The notes under the pieces were generated by a model, which saw only the letters and a program-made list of their open reading frames with translations, was not told the DNA's origin and made no database searches. DNA of 64,000 nt from Bacteroidaceae bacterium. GTDB lineage: Bacteria > Bacteroidota > Bacteroidia > Bacteroidales > Muribaculaceae. Each line of letters starts with the position of its first letter. The first letter of the stretch is position 1. Location: contig JAETNO010000018.1 of the NCBI GenBank assembly GCA_021768245.1, positions 3,416-67,415 of the forward strand, in the 5' to 3' direction. The translations under genes were made by a program, and so were the position numbers. Below are positions 42,076 through 51,496 of the stretch, piece after piece.

Positions 42076-42143
42076 TGAAAGTCATAGTAACCTTTTCGGG
42101 TGGGAAAGACAGCTGTATGAGTTATTACGGATTATGCGAATAA
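42075..42143 (+). pseudogene. Collapsed PAPS-reductase-family gene (22 codons)
   Basis: MKVIVTFSGGKDS PP-loop joined directly to CMSYYGLCE*. Confidence 0.7.
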
Positions 42144-42150
42144 AACAATA

Positions 42151-42636
42151 ATGAGTATGAAAGACCAAGTAACGAGCATCGAGCAGTCGAAGCTACCTAT
42201 CGAAGTTCACAACAAATTGATCCCGTTCAAGGGGTTCAGCTGGGTAACATGGTTAGTGTTTGCGTTCACACGCAAAACGAGAGGATGGCATATGGACGGG
42301 GCTACGCGCCGCCACGAAGGAATCCACTGCGCCCAGCAGATCGAACTGACCGTGCTGTTCGCAGCGATCCTCCTGCCCGTAGCCGGAAGCTGCCACTTCG
42401 CGTGGTGGGGCTGGGTGCTGGCAGTGGTCGGCATTCTCTTCGCCGGCTGGATTTGCTACGGCATTTCGTGGCTGATCGAAGTGCTTATCCCGCCTTATCC
42501 GGGCGCGTACTACTACACTTGCTTCGAGACCGAGGCATACAACCACGAGGATGATCCGGACTACTTGAAGCGGCGCATACCCTTTGGGGGCTGGATTTCC
42601 TGCATCCCGAATCGAAAAGTTAAACACAAAAGATAA
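42151..42636 (+). CDS. Phage membrane protein with HExxH motif
   Basis: RHEGIH, two hydrophobic helices, FETEAY. Confidence 0.65.
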   Translation: MSMKDQVTSIEQSKLPIEVHNKLIPFKGFSWVTWLVFAFTRKTRGWHMDGATRRHEGIHCAQQIELTVLFAAILLPVAGSCHFAWWGWVLAVVGILFAGWICYGISWLIEVLIPPYPGAYYYTCFETEAYNHEDDPDYLKRRIPFGGWISCIPNRKVKHKR

Positions 42637-42642
42637 CTAACC

Positions 42643-42924
42643 ATGAAAAGCGAAAAAGCAAAACAATATTTGTTGAAAGTGGTAACACCGATAGCGATGA
42701 TGTATCCCGATTGTCCGGGAGAATGCGATATTAAGCTAATAGAGGCAAAACGGGCTATCGAGCTTGCCGAGCAGGAGGCCGAGGAGCGGATGAGAGCAAA
42801 AGCGATTGAGGCGTATTGCCAAGATTGCGGTTGTAGGGTAGAAAATAAATGTGGAATAGAGTCGAATAGTTGTATAGCATTCCGAGCTTTCATCCAAAAA
42901 CTGAACGAGAATGAAAACGATTGA
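42643..42924 (+). CDS. Hypothetical phage protein
   Basis: Small-ORF array. Confidence 0.6.
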   Translation: MKSEKAKQYLLKVVTPIAMMYPDCPGECDIKLIEAKRAIELAEQEAEERMRAKAIEAYCQDCGCRVENKCGIESNSCIAFRAFIQKLNENEND

Positions 42925-43234
42925 GGAAAGAGCGCAAGAATACGCGCATCAATACCGACGAGATGCACATGACTTAAAAGGTGAACGAGCCGATGCGGCC
43001 TTTGCGGCATATTGTCAGGGTGCTGAAGATGAGCATAAAGAGTTGACGCGCTGGTACGACCCAAAAGAGGAATTGCCGGATGGCAATCGAGATGTTTTAA
43101 TTAAAACAACGTTATGCACAAAATACCGCATAGCCTTCTACAAGGCAAATGAGACACGGAATTATCATTGGCACGAGAACAATGGAGCTATTGACGATGA
43201 TATGGTTATCGGATGGCGGGAGATTCAAGAATAA
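42911..43234 (+). CDS. Hypothetical phage protein (DUF551-like C-terminus)
   Basis: WYDPKEELP...VIGWREI. Confidence 0.6.
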   Translation: MKTIEERAQEYAHQYRRDAHDLKGERADAAFAAYCQGAEDEHKELTRWYDPKEELPDGNRDVLIKTTLCTKYRIAFYKANETRNYHWHENNGAIDDDMVIGWREIQE

Positions 43235-43243
43235 GGCAAGACT

Positions 43244-43420
43244 ATGACAAAAGCATCATTTGACACAATAGGCGGACTGTTGATCGCCTTTGTTGCGGGA
43301 AACTTAGCGCAACACGACTACTCGGTGGCGGATTGGTGGAGGTTTGCGCTGCACGTTATTTTTACTGTTGCGGGAATTTGGATGTTCAGCGACGGATATA
43401 GCAATTTGCCGAAAAAATAA
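43244..43420 (+). CDS. 58-aa two-helix membrane protein (not in ORF track)
   Basis: MTKASFDTIGGLLIAFVAG...WWRFALHVIFTVAGIWMFSDGYSNLPKK. Confidence 0.55.
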   Translation: MTKASFDTIGGLLIAFVAGNLAQHDYSVADWWRFALHVIFTVAGIWMFSDGYSNLPKK

Positions 43421-43463
43421 GGCGATGACCTCCGCCGCATTGCGGAGCTAAAACGAAGGAGAG

Positions 43464-43655
43464 ATGAATTACACTAAACCTAAAGGCGGATATGTGTTTA
43501 TGACGTATGACGAATTTCAAGCCCTTGCCGAGGTAATTGCAATGGCAGAGGGAGGGGTTGAATCGGCAGACGAAGATTTCGCTAAATACATGCGCAAGCA
43601 TGTGCGAAACGCGAACAAATTGATGGTAAAATTCAACACGAGAAAGAAAAAATGA
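43464..43655 (+). CDS. Hypothetical phage protein
   Basis: Small-ORF array. Confidence 0.55.
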   Translation: MNYTKPKGGYVFMTYDEFQALAEVIAMAEGGVESADEDFAKYMRKHVRNANKLMVKFNTRKKK

Positions 43656-44122
43656 AAACAGGAATTGAGATGATCGCAGAAAGGGAAAGCAAGATATTCA
43701 CGGCAAATGGAATGTCACGCGAGGAACTGAGACTGAATTACAATGCGGCCTGCAACGCCTATCTGGCTGCTTTTTGCGAGAAGCACGGCTACGATTATGA
43801 GCCGGCTGCGTGGACAGGTAACGACCCCGGAGGAATTGCAGAAGTTGGCGATCTATTCGTGAGTATGGCGGATATACTGACGGACATCGACCGGGACGCT
43901 CCGGAGGAGGAGTATGTCAAATATTACGACTACTGCCTGCGTGTAGGGTCTATTGCCAACGGCGAACTGCAAACCCCGAACTACGACAGCTGGCTGCGGG
44001 GATGCCCGCGGATGGACGAGGAGCAGATAGCTCGGCTGGAGGAATTGCAACGGGATGTGCGCTGCGCAGAGATGAATTTGAAAGTCGAGATCGACAGAAT
44101 TAACAACCTCAAACAAGAATAG
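43652..44122 (+). CDS. Hypothetical phage protein
   Basis: ATGA-coupled ORF. Confidence 0.65.
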   Translation: MKTGIEMIAERESKIFTANGMSREELRLNYNAACNAYLAAFCEKHGYDYEPAAWTGNDPGGIAEVGDLFVSMADILTDIDRDAPEEEYVKYYDYCLRVGSIANGELQTPNYDSWLRGCPRMDEEQIARLEELQRDVRCAEMNLKVEIDRINNLKQE

Positions 44123-44124
44123 CA

Positions 44125-44442
44125 ATGGATGAAATTAAAAATTGCCCCAAATGTGGGATGGAACTTCAAGTGTGTGATAACTGCGAAAATGTAGGCTGTC
44201 CGAATTGCGATGGATATACCATCACTCGCGACGATGTGCTGTTGTGTTCGGAATGCAGCGCGGATATTTTGGCCGAATGGAATAAGCAGACCGAAAACGG
44301 AGCGAAAGTATGCGGCACGTGCAGCCACTTCAAGGACGAGGATGTCGACGGCGACGGTTGGTGTGACAAAGACGACGCGATTTATCACTGCTCGTATTAC
44401 TGCGGAGATCATTTGCCAAGGCTGGAGAAATTAACGATTTAA
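44125..44442 (+). CDS. Cys-rich (multiple CxxC) zinc-binding protein
   Basis: Five CxxC pairs. Confidence 0.6.
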   Translation: MDEIKNCPKCGMELQVCDNCENVGCPNCDGYTITRDDVLLCSECSADILAEWNKQTENGAKVCGTCSHFKDEDVDGDGWCDKDDAIYHCSYYCGDHLPRLEKLTI

Positions 44443-44454
44443 AACTGTAAAACT

Positions 44455-44643
44455 ATGACTTATCAAGAAATGAATGAAGCCATTCGTGAAGCGGAATTAA
44501 CCGTCAGGCGTGCAGAAACATATTTGAATCAGATGGCTCGATTCCTTTGCGGTCGATTGCGGAAAGTAAATCCGGACACCCTCCGCAATCTGAAAAAGGA
44601 GCTTAAAAAATTCAATTCCCAAACGGGAGAATGGAGTGGATAA
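44455..44643 (+). CDS. Hypothetical phage protein
   Basis: Last ORF of the small-ORF array. Confidence 0.55.
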   Translation: MTYQEMNEAIREAELTVRRAETYLNQMARFLCGRLRKVNPDTLRNLKKELKKFNSQTGEWSG

Positions 44644-44904
44644 TAGAAATAAAAAACGCCCCGAGATAGGGGCGTAAAAACCAAAGTTTACTTTTTCAGT
44701 CATCGGTTCGTTACCTCATCGACTAACTTACTCAAAATCACTTCGATGAGAATTCAAAATAATTTTTCAAAAAAAATCATATGAAATGTTTTTTTAATTA
44801 AACCTACCCGCATGCGAGTAGATATCTGTATTATAGGGATTTCTCCCAATCTTTGGAGGCCTGTATTGCACCTCGCACCTTAAAGGTAATTCATTTTTTT
44901 AGAA

Positions 44905-45447
44905 ATGTCAAATAATTTAGATAATTTCATTACGACCCATTACCCGCAATGGGTAGAATACGCGACCTACCACGTCCGCTACTCGCGGCTTCCGATCGAC
45001 CCGGCCGAGGTCGTGAACGATGTGCTGTGTACCCTCCTTGAGCGGGATGTGTCGAAGCTCGAACACCTGATGAACGCCCGGAATAAGGATGGGACTGAAC
45101 TTGATTTTTTCGTGATGCGAATCATCAAGATCAGCATACACTCGCCGCGGTCACCGTTCCGCTACCAACGGGGACAGCATTGCACGGATCGGCTTGAAGA
45201 CAGCATCCGAACACTCCCGGCTCCAACTCCGGATTTCAATCAGGAAGATGCCTATATGCAGGTTCGGCAGGTATTCGACACGTTGCAGGTGTCGGAATTG
45301 TCAAAGCGTATCTTCGCATGGCGATTCTTCGAAGGAAAGACATTCGCCGAGTGGCCGGGGCCTGAAAGTCCGAAGTTCATATACGACACTTTCAATCGCA
45401 TTTTGTTGATAATTTCCGCCAAGATTCGGAGAAAAAACGCTCCCTAA
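44905..45447 (+). CDS. Putative late transcription regulator (ECF sigma-like)
   Basis: Position before late genes; PAEVVNDV region-2-like segment; C-terminal LSKRIFAWRFFEGKTF region-4-like segment. Confidence 0.55.
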   Translation: MSNNLDNFITTHYPQWVEYATYHVRYSRLPIDPAEVVNDVLCTLLERDVSKLEHLMNARNKDGTELDFFVMRIIKISIHSPRSPFRYQRGQHCTDRLEDSIRTLPAPTPDFNQEDAYMQVRQVFDTLQVSELSKRIFAWRFFEGKTFAEWPGPESPKFIYDTFNRILLIISAKIRRKNAP

Positions 45448-45467
45448 TTCTATTATCCTATGAAGTC
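45431..45467 (+). promoter_or_regulatory. Putative late-control motif, copy 1
   Basis: GAAAAA-N8-TAATTCTATTAT-N4-TGAAGTC; same fixed positions at 59540. Confidence 0.65.
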
Positions 45468-45536
45468 CGACATAGTGTCAATGTCAAATGACGGTAATCC
45501 GTCCAAGTCGCGGAGGCTTGCCAAAACTCCGCACAT

Positions 45537-45609
45537 AGCGAGGCAGAGCAGTTGGTAGCTCGTTGGGCTCATATCCCAAAGGTCGCAGGTTCAAGTCCTG
45601 TCCTCGCTT
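45537..45609 (+). tRNA. Phage tRNA-Met(CAT), initiator-like variant
   Basis: AGCGAGG/CCTCGCT acceptor, GAGC/GCTC D stem, TTGGG-CTCATAT-CCCAA, GCAGG-TTCAAGT-CCTGT; no encoded CCA. Confidence 0.85.
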
Positions 45610-45622
45610 CAAAATTCAGATT

Positions 45623-46195
45623 ATGGCCGATATAAAGTTAGACCCGAAAAACTACCGCGTTCACGGTGAGAAGAACAAAGCTATCATCCGCAAAAGCCTT
45701 GAGGATTGCGGTACTGGCCGCTCTATCCTTTTGGATGGGGATGATGTCGTGATTGCCGGGAACGGCGTATACGAACAGGCGCAGGCGCTCGGACTCCCGG
45801 TGCGTGTCATTGAGTCGGATGGACGAGAGCTTATCGCAATCAAACGCACGGATCTCAAAACGGAAGACGATAAGCGCCGCGCATTGGCACTGGCCGACAA
45901 CCACGCCAGCGACACTTCGGTTTTCAATATCGATTCTGTTCTTATGGACTTTTCGCCCGAAGAACTCGACATGTGGGAGTTTGAGATCGACACAGCCAAT
46001 ATCGACCTGCTGTCCGAGGTCGAGCAAAACGGGTTCAAGAATGCCGTAAACGAGAGTTCTGATTTATTCACCTTGTCCTTTGCCTTGCCCAAGAGTATGA
46101 AAGAGGATGTTGAAGCTTACATCAAGCGGAACGGGAAAGACAATTTGACACAGTTAATTATCAGTGAAGTATGCCGAGATGCGGAAGTCAAATAG
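45623..46195 (+). CDS. ParB/Srx-like N-terminal domain protein
   Basis: DPKNYRVH...SLEDCG.GRSILLD...IAGNG...ALADN; start reassigned to follow the tRNA. Confidence 0.7.
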   Translation: MADIKLDPKNYRVHGEKNKAIIRKSLEDCGTGRSILLDGDDVVIAGNGVYEQAQALGLPVRVIESDGRELIAIKRTDLKTEDDKRRALALADNHASDTSVFNIDSVLMDFSPEELDMWEFEIDTANIDLLSEVEQNGFKNAVNESSDLFTLSFALPKSMKEDVEAYIKRNGKDNLTQLIISEVCRDAEVK

Positions 46196-47181
46196 CGATT
46201 TGTGACCTACCGATCCGGTTCGACACGTATAAGGGATGTTCCCATATGTGCCGTTACTGTTTTGTGCAGCTCAAATACGACATTTCAAATATCGAACGCG
46301 GCGAAGGGCCGAAGTCCCTGCGCGGCTTCATCGACGGCCAGCGCAACGGTGAAACGGAGTGGTGCGACTGGAATATTCCGATACACTGGGGCGGCATGTC
46401 TGACCCGTTTCAGCCTGTAGAGCGAGAGCATCGATTGTCACACGACGCCCTTAAGGTCTTTGCCGAAACACAATATCCGTTTGTGGTCAGTACAAAGGGC
46501 ATTCTGCTCGCTGAGCCGGAATACCTCAACCTGCTGAAACACTGCAACTGCGTTGTACAGGTATCTCTCGTCAGCCCTCAATATGACAAACTGGAGAAAG
46601 GAGCGCCGACCTATGCCGAGCGCCTCGATATGATCCGCACGATAGCACCCCATGTAAAGCGTGTGATCGTCCGGGTTCAGCCTTATACGACGGGAATGCT
46701 TCGGGATGTCCTCGGTGCTGTGTCTACCTACAAGAGTATAGGCGTACATGGGCTGACAATCGAGGGCATGAAATACAAACGCAAGGTAGACGGTCTTGTA
46801 AAAGTCGGCGGGGATTTCTGCTATCCGGCCTCTGTTCTCAAACGGCACTTTGAATGGATAAAGGCGGAATGCCATCGAAATGGATTGGCTTTCTACTCGG
46901 CCGAAAACCGTTTGCGCAAGATGGGAGATTCTCTATGTTGCTGCGGTGTTGATGGGCTGGATGGATTTAAGACGAACACGTTCAATCTGAATCATTACCT
47001 ATTCGATAAGGAGCGGTATGTGCCAACGGAGAAGATGAAAGAGCCGGGAACCTGCTTGTGCCTGAAAGCTATCTGTCAGAATACAGCAGGTTACAGTGCA
47101 TTCAAGAAGCGAAGCCTGCATTACATGATGGGGGAAATGTCACGGGATAAAGGTTGTGTTTCCCAGTTGCTGGAAAAATGA
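46171..47181 (+). CDS. Radical SAM enzyme (spore photoproduct lyase-like)
   Basis: DTYKGCSHMCRYC (CxxxCxxC), GGMSDPFQP.E, STK, RVQP, extra CCC. Confidence 0.85.
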   Translation: MPRCGSQIAICDLPIRFDTYKGCSHMCRYCFVQLKYDISNIERGEGPKSLRGFIDGQRNGETEWCDWNIPIHWGGMSDPFQPVEREHRLSHDALKVFAETQYPFVVSTKGILLAEPEYLNLLKHCNCVVQVSLVSPQYDKLEKGAPTYAERLDMIRTIAPHVKRVIVRVQPYTTGMLRDVLGAVSTYKSIGVHGLTIEGMKYKRKVDGLVKVGGDFCYPASVLKRHFEWIKAECHRNGLAFYSAENRLRKMGDSLCCCGVDGLDGFKTNTFNLNHYLFDKERYVPTEKMKEPGTCLCLKAICQNTAGYSAFKKRSLHYMMGEMSRDKGCVSQLLEK

Positions 47182-47221
47182 ATACTTTAGCGTCGGAAAA
47201 ACCAAAAAACAATTCCGCGCT

Positions 47222-47455
47222 ATGAAAACAAAACAGTGTATGATTTACAAGGATGTCGTAAACAAACGCCTCGCCCGGAAACGGGAACAGGTGTCGGAAC
47301 TTGAAACGAAAATGATTTCAGAAGGGGAACTCTCCGCGATCGACAAGCGGAAGATGATAGAATGTAAAGCCGCAATTCTTGAGCTGGAAAACGTAATCGA
47401 CATTGCGGAGTCCATGTTCACGGCTGAAACCTGCGACCAAAACGAAAAGAAATAA
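47222..47455 (+). CDS. Small coiled-coil hypothetical protein
   Basis: ORF between radical SAM and terS. Confidence 0.55.
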   Translation: MKTKQCMIYKDVVNKRLARKREQVSELETKMISEGELSAIDKRKMIECKAAILELENVIDIAESMFTAETCDQNEKK

Positions 47456-47461
47456 AGACCA

Positions 47462-47983
47462 ATGGCAAAGTATAGTGCAGAACTCACCGAAAGGATTTGT
47501 TCGCTCATCCGGGCGGATAGCTATACTATTGCCGAAATCTGTAAAATCGCAGGTATTGCTGAAAGTACCTTTTACGAGTGGAAGGACTCCAAAGCGGAGT
47601 TTTCAGAGGCTATAAAAAAGGCTCAAGAGGAGTGCAGATACTTCTTTGCGACCGAAGCCAAGAAATCGCTGCTAAAGCTTGTGCAGGGGTTCACCGTTGA
47701 AGAGAAACGCACGGTTACCGCTGATACCGGAAAGAAAAGCGAGGACGGGAAACCGATCGTAAAGGTCAAAGAGCATACAACCGTTACCAAATACGTTGCC
47801 CCGAACCCTACAGCGATCATCTTCACACTTACGAACTGCGACGCGGAGAATTGGAAGAACCGGCAGAGTGCCGAGTTAACTGGTAAAGGTGGAAAAGACT
47901 TGATACCGCCGGACATGAAGAAGAACGTCGATAGCATGACCCCGGCAGAAATTGCAAAGTACGTATGCAAGGATGGGAAATGA
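47462..47983 (+). CDS. Terminase small subunit
   Basis: N-terminal HTH (GIAESTFYEW), EFSEAIKKA, AIIFTLTN...W; precedes terL. Confidence 0.75.
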   Translation: MAKYSAELTERICSLIRADSYTIAEICKIAGIAESTFYEWKDSKAEFSEAIKKAQEECRYFFATEAKKSLLKLVQGFTVEEKRTVTADTGKKSEDGKPIVKVKEHTTVTKYVAPNPTAIIFTLTNCDAENWKNRQSAELTGKGGKDLIPPDMKKNVDSMTPAEIAKYVCKDGK

Positions 47984-49424
47984 ATCGGGTGAAATACGGG
48001 CGCTGCGGAGCGGAGCCTATCAGTCGTTTCCGTTCTATGTCGCATTATTAAAGGGTAAGGATTTCCTTACCCCTTTTCATCTGTCTTTCTACTGGGTACT
48101 GGATGCCTTTGCACATGGTCGTATAAAGCGGCTGATCGTCACCATGCCGCCCCAGCATGGAAAATCCGAGGGAACAACGCGTCTGCTGCCGGCATACATG
48201 CTCGGCCTTGATCCCGATTTGCGTATTGCTATTGCGTCTTACTCGGACACTTTCGCCCGGAAATTCAATCGTGCTATACAGCGCATCATCGACAGCCCCG
48301 AATATTATGTTTTGTTTCCGGAAACGCTTCTGAATGGGAATCCGAATTGTGAGGACAGTGCGCAGTATGTCCGGAATAATACGGAGTTCGAGATTGTCGG
48401 CCGCAAAGGGTTTCTAAAAGCTGTGGGACGAAATGGTGCGCTGACCGGAGAGCGCATTGATGTTTTTATAGGGGATGACCTGTATAAGAATGCTGCCGAG
48501 GGTTACTCCCCTATCATTCGTGAATCAGTATCCGAGTGGTACAAATCGACCGTAAAAACCCGACTGCACAATAATTCGCGTGAACTTATGGTGTTCACCC
48601 GTTGGCATGAAGAGGATCTGATTGGTACGATCATAGCCGCAGGAAATATCCGGGAATTGCGGTCACTCGATGATATCGACCCGGAATTCGACGGCTGGTA
48701 CTATCTAAACTTTGAGGCAATTAAGGAAAGCGATCCGACACCCATCGATCCCCGACAGCGTGGCGAGGCTCTTTGGCCCGAAGCGCATGACCTCAAGCAC
48801 CTGCAGGAAAAAAGAGACCTCGACCGCATCGTGTTCGAGTGTATGTATCAGGGACACCCGATGTCGAAAGAGGGGCTATTATACGGGGAGAATTTCAAAA
48901 CCTACTCTGAACTTCCGGCACAAGGCGACATTCTCGACTATGCCAATTACACAGACACAGCCGATACGGGTGATGACTATCTATGCTCGATCAGCTACGT
49001 CCGGGCGAGGGATGGCTATTGCTATGTAACGGACATGGTCTATACACAGGAGCCGATGGAGTGTACTGAATCCGCCGTAGCCGATATGCTCAAACGTAGC
49101 GGTACGCGCCGGGCGTCGATCGAGAGTAACAACGGCGGTCGCGGATTCGCACGCGCTGTACAAAAACGGGTTCCGGCCATACGTATCGAATGGTTCCATC
49201 AGAGCGGGAATAAGGAAGCCCGCATCCTCTCCAATGCCGCAACGGCGTTGCAGACTATAATAATGCCGCATGATTGGAAAATCCGCTGGCCTGAATTCTA
49301 TTTACATATGACGACCTATCGGCGTCAGTTCCGTGCGAACCGCTGGCATGATGCCGCGGATGTGGTGACCGGAATTGTCGAAGATGGTACGAATAAGAAA
49401 GGTAGAATCAAGGCAGTAAGGTAA
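47973..49424 (+). CDS. Terminase large subunit
   Basis: MPPQHGKS, GDDLYK, TRWHEEDL, DTADTGDD, IESNNGG, HDAAD. Confidence 0.92.
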   Translation: MGNESGEIRALRSGAYQSFPFYVALLKGKDFLTPFHLSFYWVLDAFAHGRIKRLIVTMPPQHGKSEGTTRLLPAYMLGLDPDLRIAIASYSDTFARKFNRAIQRIIDSPEYYVLFPETLLNGNPNCEDSAQYVRNNTEFEIVGRKGFLKAVGRNGALTGERIDVFIGDDLYKNAAEGYSPIIRESVSEWYKSTVKTRLHNNSRELMVFTRWHEEDLIGTIIAAGNIRELRSLDDIDPEFDGWYYLNFEAIKESDPTPIDPRQRGEALWPEAHDLKHLQEKRDLDRIVFECMYQGHPMSKEGLLYGENFKTYSELPAQGDILDYANYTDTADTGDDYLCSISYVRARDGYCYVTDMVYTQEPMECTESAVADMLKRSGTRRASIESNNGGRGFARAVQKRVPAIRIEWFHQSGNKEARILSNAATALQTIIMPHDWKIRWPEFYLHMTTYRRQFRANRWHDAADVVTGIVEDGTNKKGRIKAVR

Positions 49425-49426
49425 CC

Positions 49427-49648
49427 ATGGCAAAAATCAAACTCATCGACAAACTGAAAAGCCTTGTCGGCATCGAAACAAAAACCAACATCGAACAGGC
49501 TATTATGCTCCTGCAGGCAGCGCGGTCGTGTATTGACGCCTATACAGCAGAAAGAGCAGCCAAACAGCTACACGTAGGGACGCTCTCGCAGATGAACAAG
49601 GACATCGGCGTTATCACGAAGAAGCTGTCCGGTTATGTTGAGGGTTAA
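49427..49648 (+). CDS. Hypothetical phage protein
   Basis: Coupled ORF after terL. Confidence 0.55.
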   Translation: MAKIKLIDKLKSLVGIETKTNIEQAIMLLQAARSCIDAYTAERAAKQLHVGTLSQMNKDIGVITKKLSGYVEG

Positions 49649-50504
49649 GATTGCCGGCAAAAGGTTTCGCATACCGACGCACTGGGAGGATATTACGCTT
49701 ACCCAGTGCGCTTGGTTGTACCATAAGGCCAACGAGCAACCCACGGCGCTTCTTGACTATTACCGCTCCTTTGCCTCGGACACGGCTCCCGAACCATATG
49801 CAAATATCGACGAGCTAACCCGGTTCACTTCGGAGGTTGTCGGCTACCTTGCCGACGTACCGGAAGGGCTGATGCTTCAAACCCGGCGCGAGGATATTAT
49901 GACGCTGGCAATGGCTGTGCTTCCGCGGTTCATAATCGGGGTACTCGGCATTGTCGATTATCCGGTTCGGGGCATTACTTCATTTCGCTACAAAGGCCGC
50001 CGCTACTACCTGCCGAAATCCGGGACGGATATTTCCGGGGAACTTACTCCGTTGAGTGGTGTGACGGCTATCGAGTTCTGCCAACTGTCCGACATCATAT
50101 GTGCGGAAAACATTGCTTTGGCTCCGCTGGCTGTCGCTATCGTATGCCGCCGGAAAAGTGAACGGTACGATGAAGAGCTGGCGCAGAATCGGGCGGCGTT
50201 GTTCGGAAGCCTTCCAGCCTCGGTCTATTGGGAACTTTGGGCGCAAACTTCGGGGGCGCATCAGTACCTGAAAGCCGCATTTCCGAATTGTTACGGTACG
50301 GGCGGCGGGGATTCGTCGGGTAAAGCCGAGCCTGCGGTATGGTGTGACACGCTCGTCGCTATGTCTACCGATAAGCCAAGTGAGCTTGAGCATCTGCAAC
50401 GGATGAACGCCTACGATTTCGTACACCTATTGTCGGAGAATATCAAACGGAGAACGGAAGAATGGAAGATGAAAGCCGCCTTAGCGTCTTGCGGGGTAAG
50501 GTAG
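49635..50504 (+). CDS. Hypothetical structural/assembly protein (possible tail chaperone)
   Basis: IPTHWEDITL motif; position in morphogenesis region. Confidence 0.5.
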   Translation: MLRVKIAGKRFRIPTHWEDITLTQCAWLYHKANEQPTALLDYYRSFASDTAPEPYANIDELTRFTSEVVGYLADVPEGLMLQTRREDIMTLAMAVLPRFIIGVLGIVDYPVRGITSFRYKGRRYYLPKSGTDISGELTPLSGVTAIEFCQLSDIICAENIALAPLAVAIVCRRKSERYDEELAQNRAALFGSLPASVYWELWAQTSGAHQYLKAAFPNCYGTGGGDSSGKAEPAVWCDTLVAMSTDKPSELEHLQRMNAYDFVHLLSENIKRRTEEWKMKAALASCGVR

Positions 50505-50618
50505 AATTGCTCACATGGCTGATAAATCGGGAATGCAAATGCGACCGGGCCAAATGTGCCGAGCATTTCCGGTACATGGAGCAGTTGAAATTTCAGTACG
50601 AATGCGAAATAGAGGACT

Positions 50619-51041
50619 ATGAGAACAATACTACGGGAAGCGTTGAAAGCCGCGCTTGAGAAAACATACGATATGACGTTCGACTTCGGCATGGGCTTCT
50701 TGGATGATATCAATGGTGGAGGTTACAAACTTCCGTGCGTTTGGGTATGTCCGTTTGATCTTGTAGGCAAAACGGGGCGGTCTGAGGGCTTTAAAATCTA
50801 TGCCGGGACAGTTTACCTGCTTGAGTTGTCCGACGGGCTTACATCCGAGAAAAAGGACGAACGCTGGGATGATATGGAACGGGCAGCAGTCGAGGCGTTC
50901 AGTGAAATGGCTGAAACGCTTGGAGTGACGTTCGACAAAATCAATGCCTTTCCCAATGAGGGCACTTACACAGGGTATAACGACATCTCACTTAAAGTAA
51001 CATTTGAGGTAATGACAAGCTATTGTGAAAACCGCGGATAG
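50619..51041 (+). CDS. Putative tail terminator/completion protein
   Basis: Size, acidic beta-rich composition, position. Confidence 0.45.
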   Translation: MRTILREALKAALEKTYDMTFDFGMGFLDDINGGGYKLPCVWVCPFDLVGKTGRSEGFKIYAGTVYLLELSDGLTSEKKDERWDDMERAAVEAFSEMAETLGVTFDKINAFPNEGTYTGYNDISLKVTFEVMTSYCENRG

Positions 51042-51492
51042 TCCCATATTACAGCAAATTGCCCAGTACTTGAGTGACACCTTGCAAATGGAATTGCTCA
51101 ATCAGGGACATACTGCGTCCGAGGCTCTTTTTAACAGTATTCAGTCGGTGATAGATCAGACACTGACGGGTATAACGATCTCCGCGCAGGCTCTGTATTA
51201 TGCAAAATTCGTAAATGCAGGTCGCAAGCCCGGAACGAAAGGTGTGCCGATTGATGTCCTCGTCGAATGGATCAGGCGCAAGCGGCTCAATATGGAAGGT
51301 AAAAGAGAACGATCCGTAGCTTTTGCTATGCAACGGTCAATCCGGGACAAAGGCATCAATCCCTCCCGGTTCATAGATAAATCAATAGATAAGTTCAACA
51401 AGTATAAACGACTGGAAGAGAATATAGAACGATTCATGGAGGAGTATACAGAGGAACAACTGCAAACTATTTTTAACCAATTAACTGCATGA
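51025..51492 (+). CDS. HK97 gp10-like neck protein
   Basis: YAKFVNAGRKPG...GINPSRF. Confidence 0.6.
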   Translation: MKTADSPILQQIAQYLSDTLQMELLNQGHTASEALFNSIQSVIDQTLTGITISAQALYYAKFVNAGRKPGTKGVPIDVLVEWIRRKRLNMEGKRERSVAFAMQRSIRDKGINPSRFIDKSIDKFNKYKRLEENIERFMEEYTEEQLQTIFNQLTA

Positions 51493-51496
51493 CGAT

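Noticed and set aside
45563..45622. N-terminal extension of the ParB-like ORF
   Set aside because: It lies inside the tRNA; the ATG at 45623 is the plausible start
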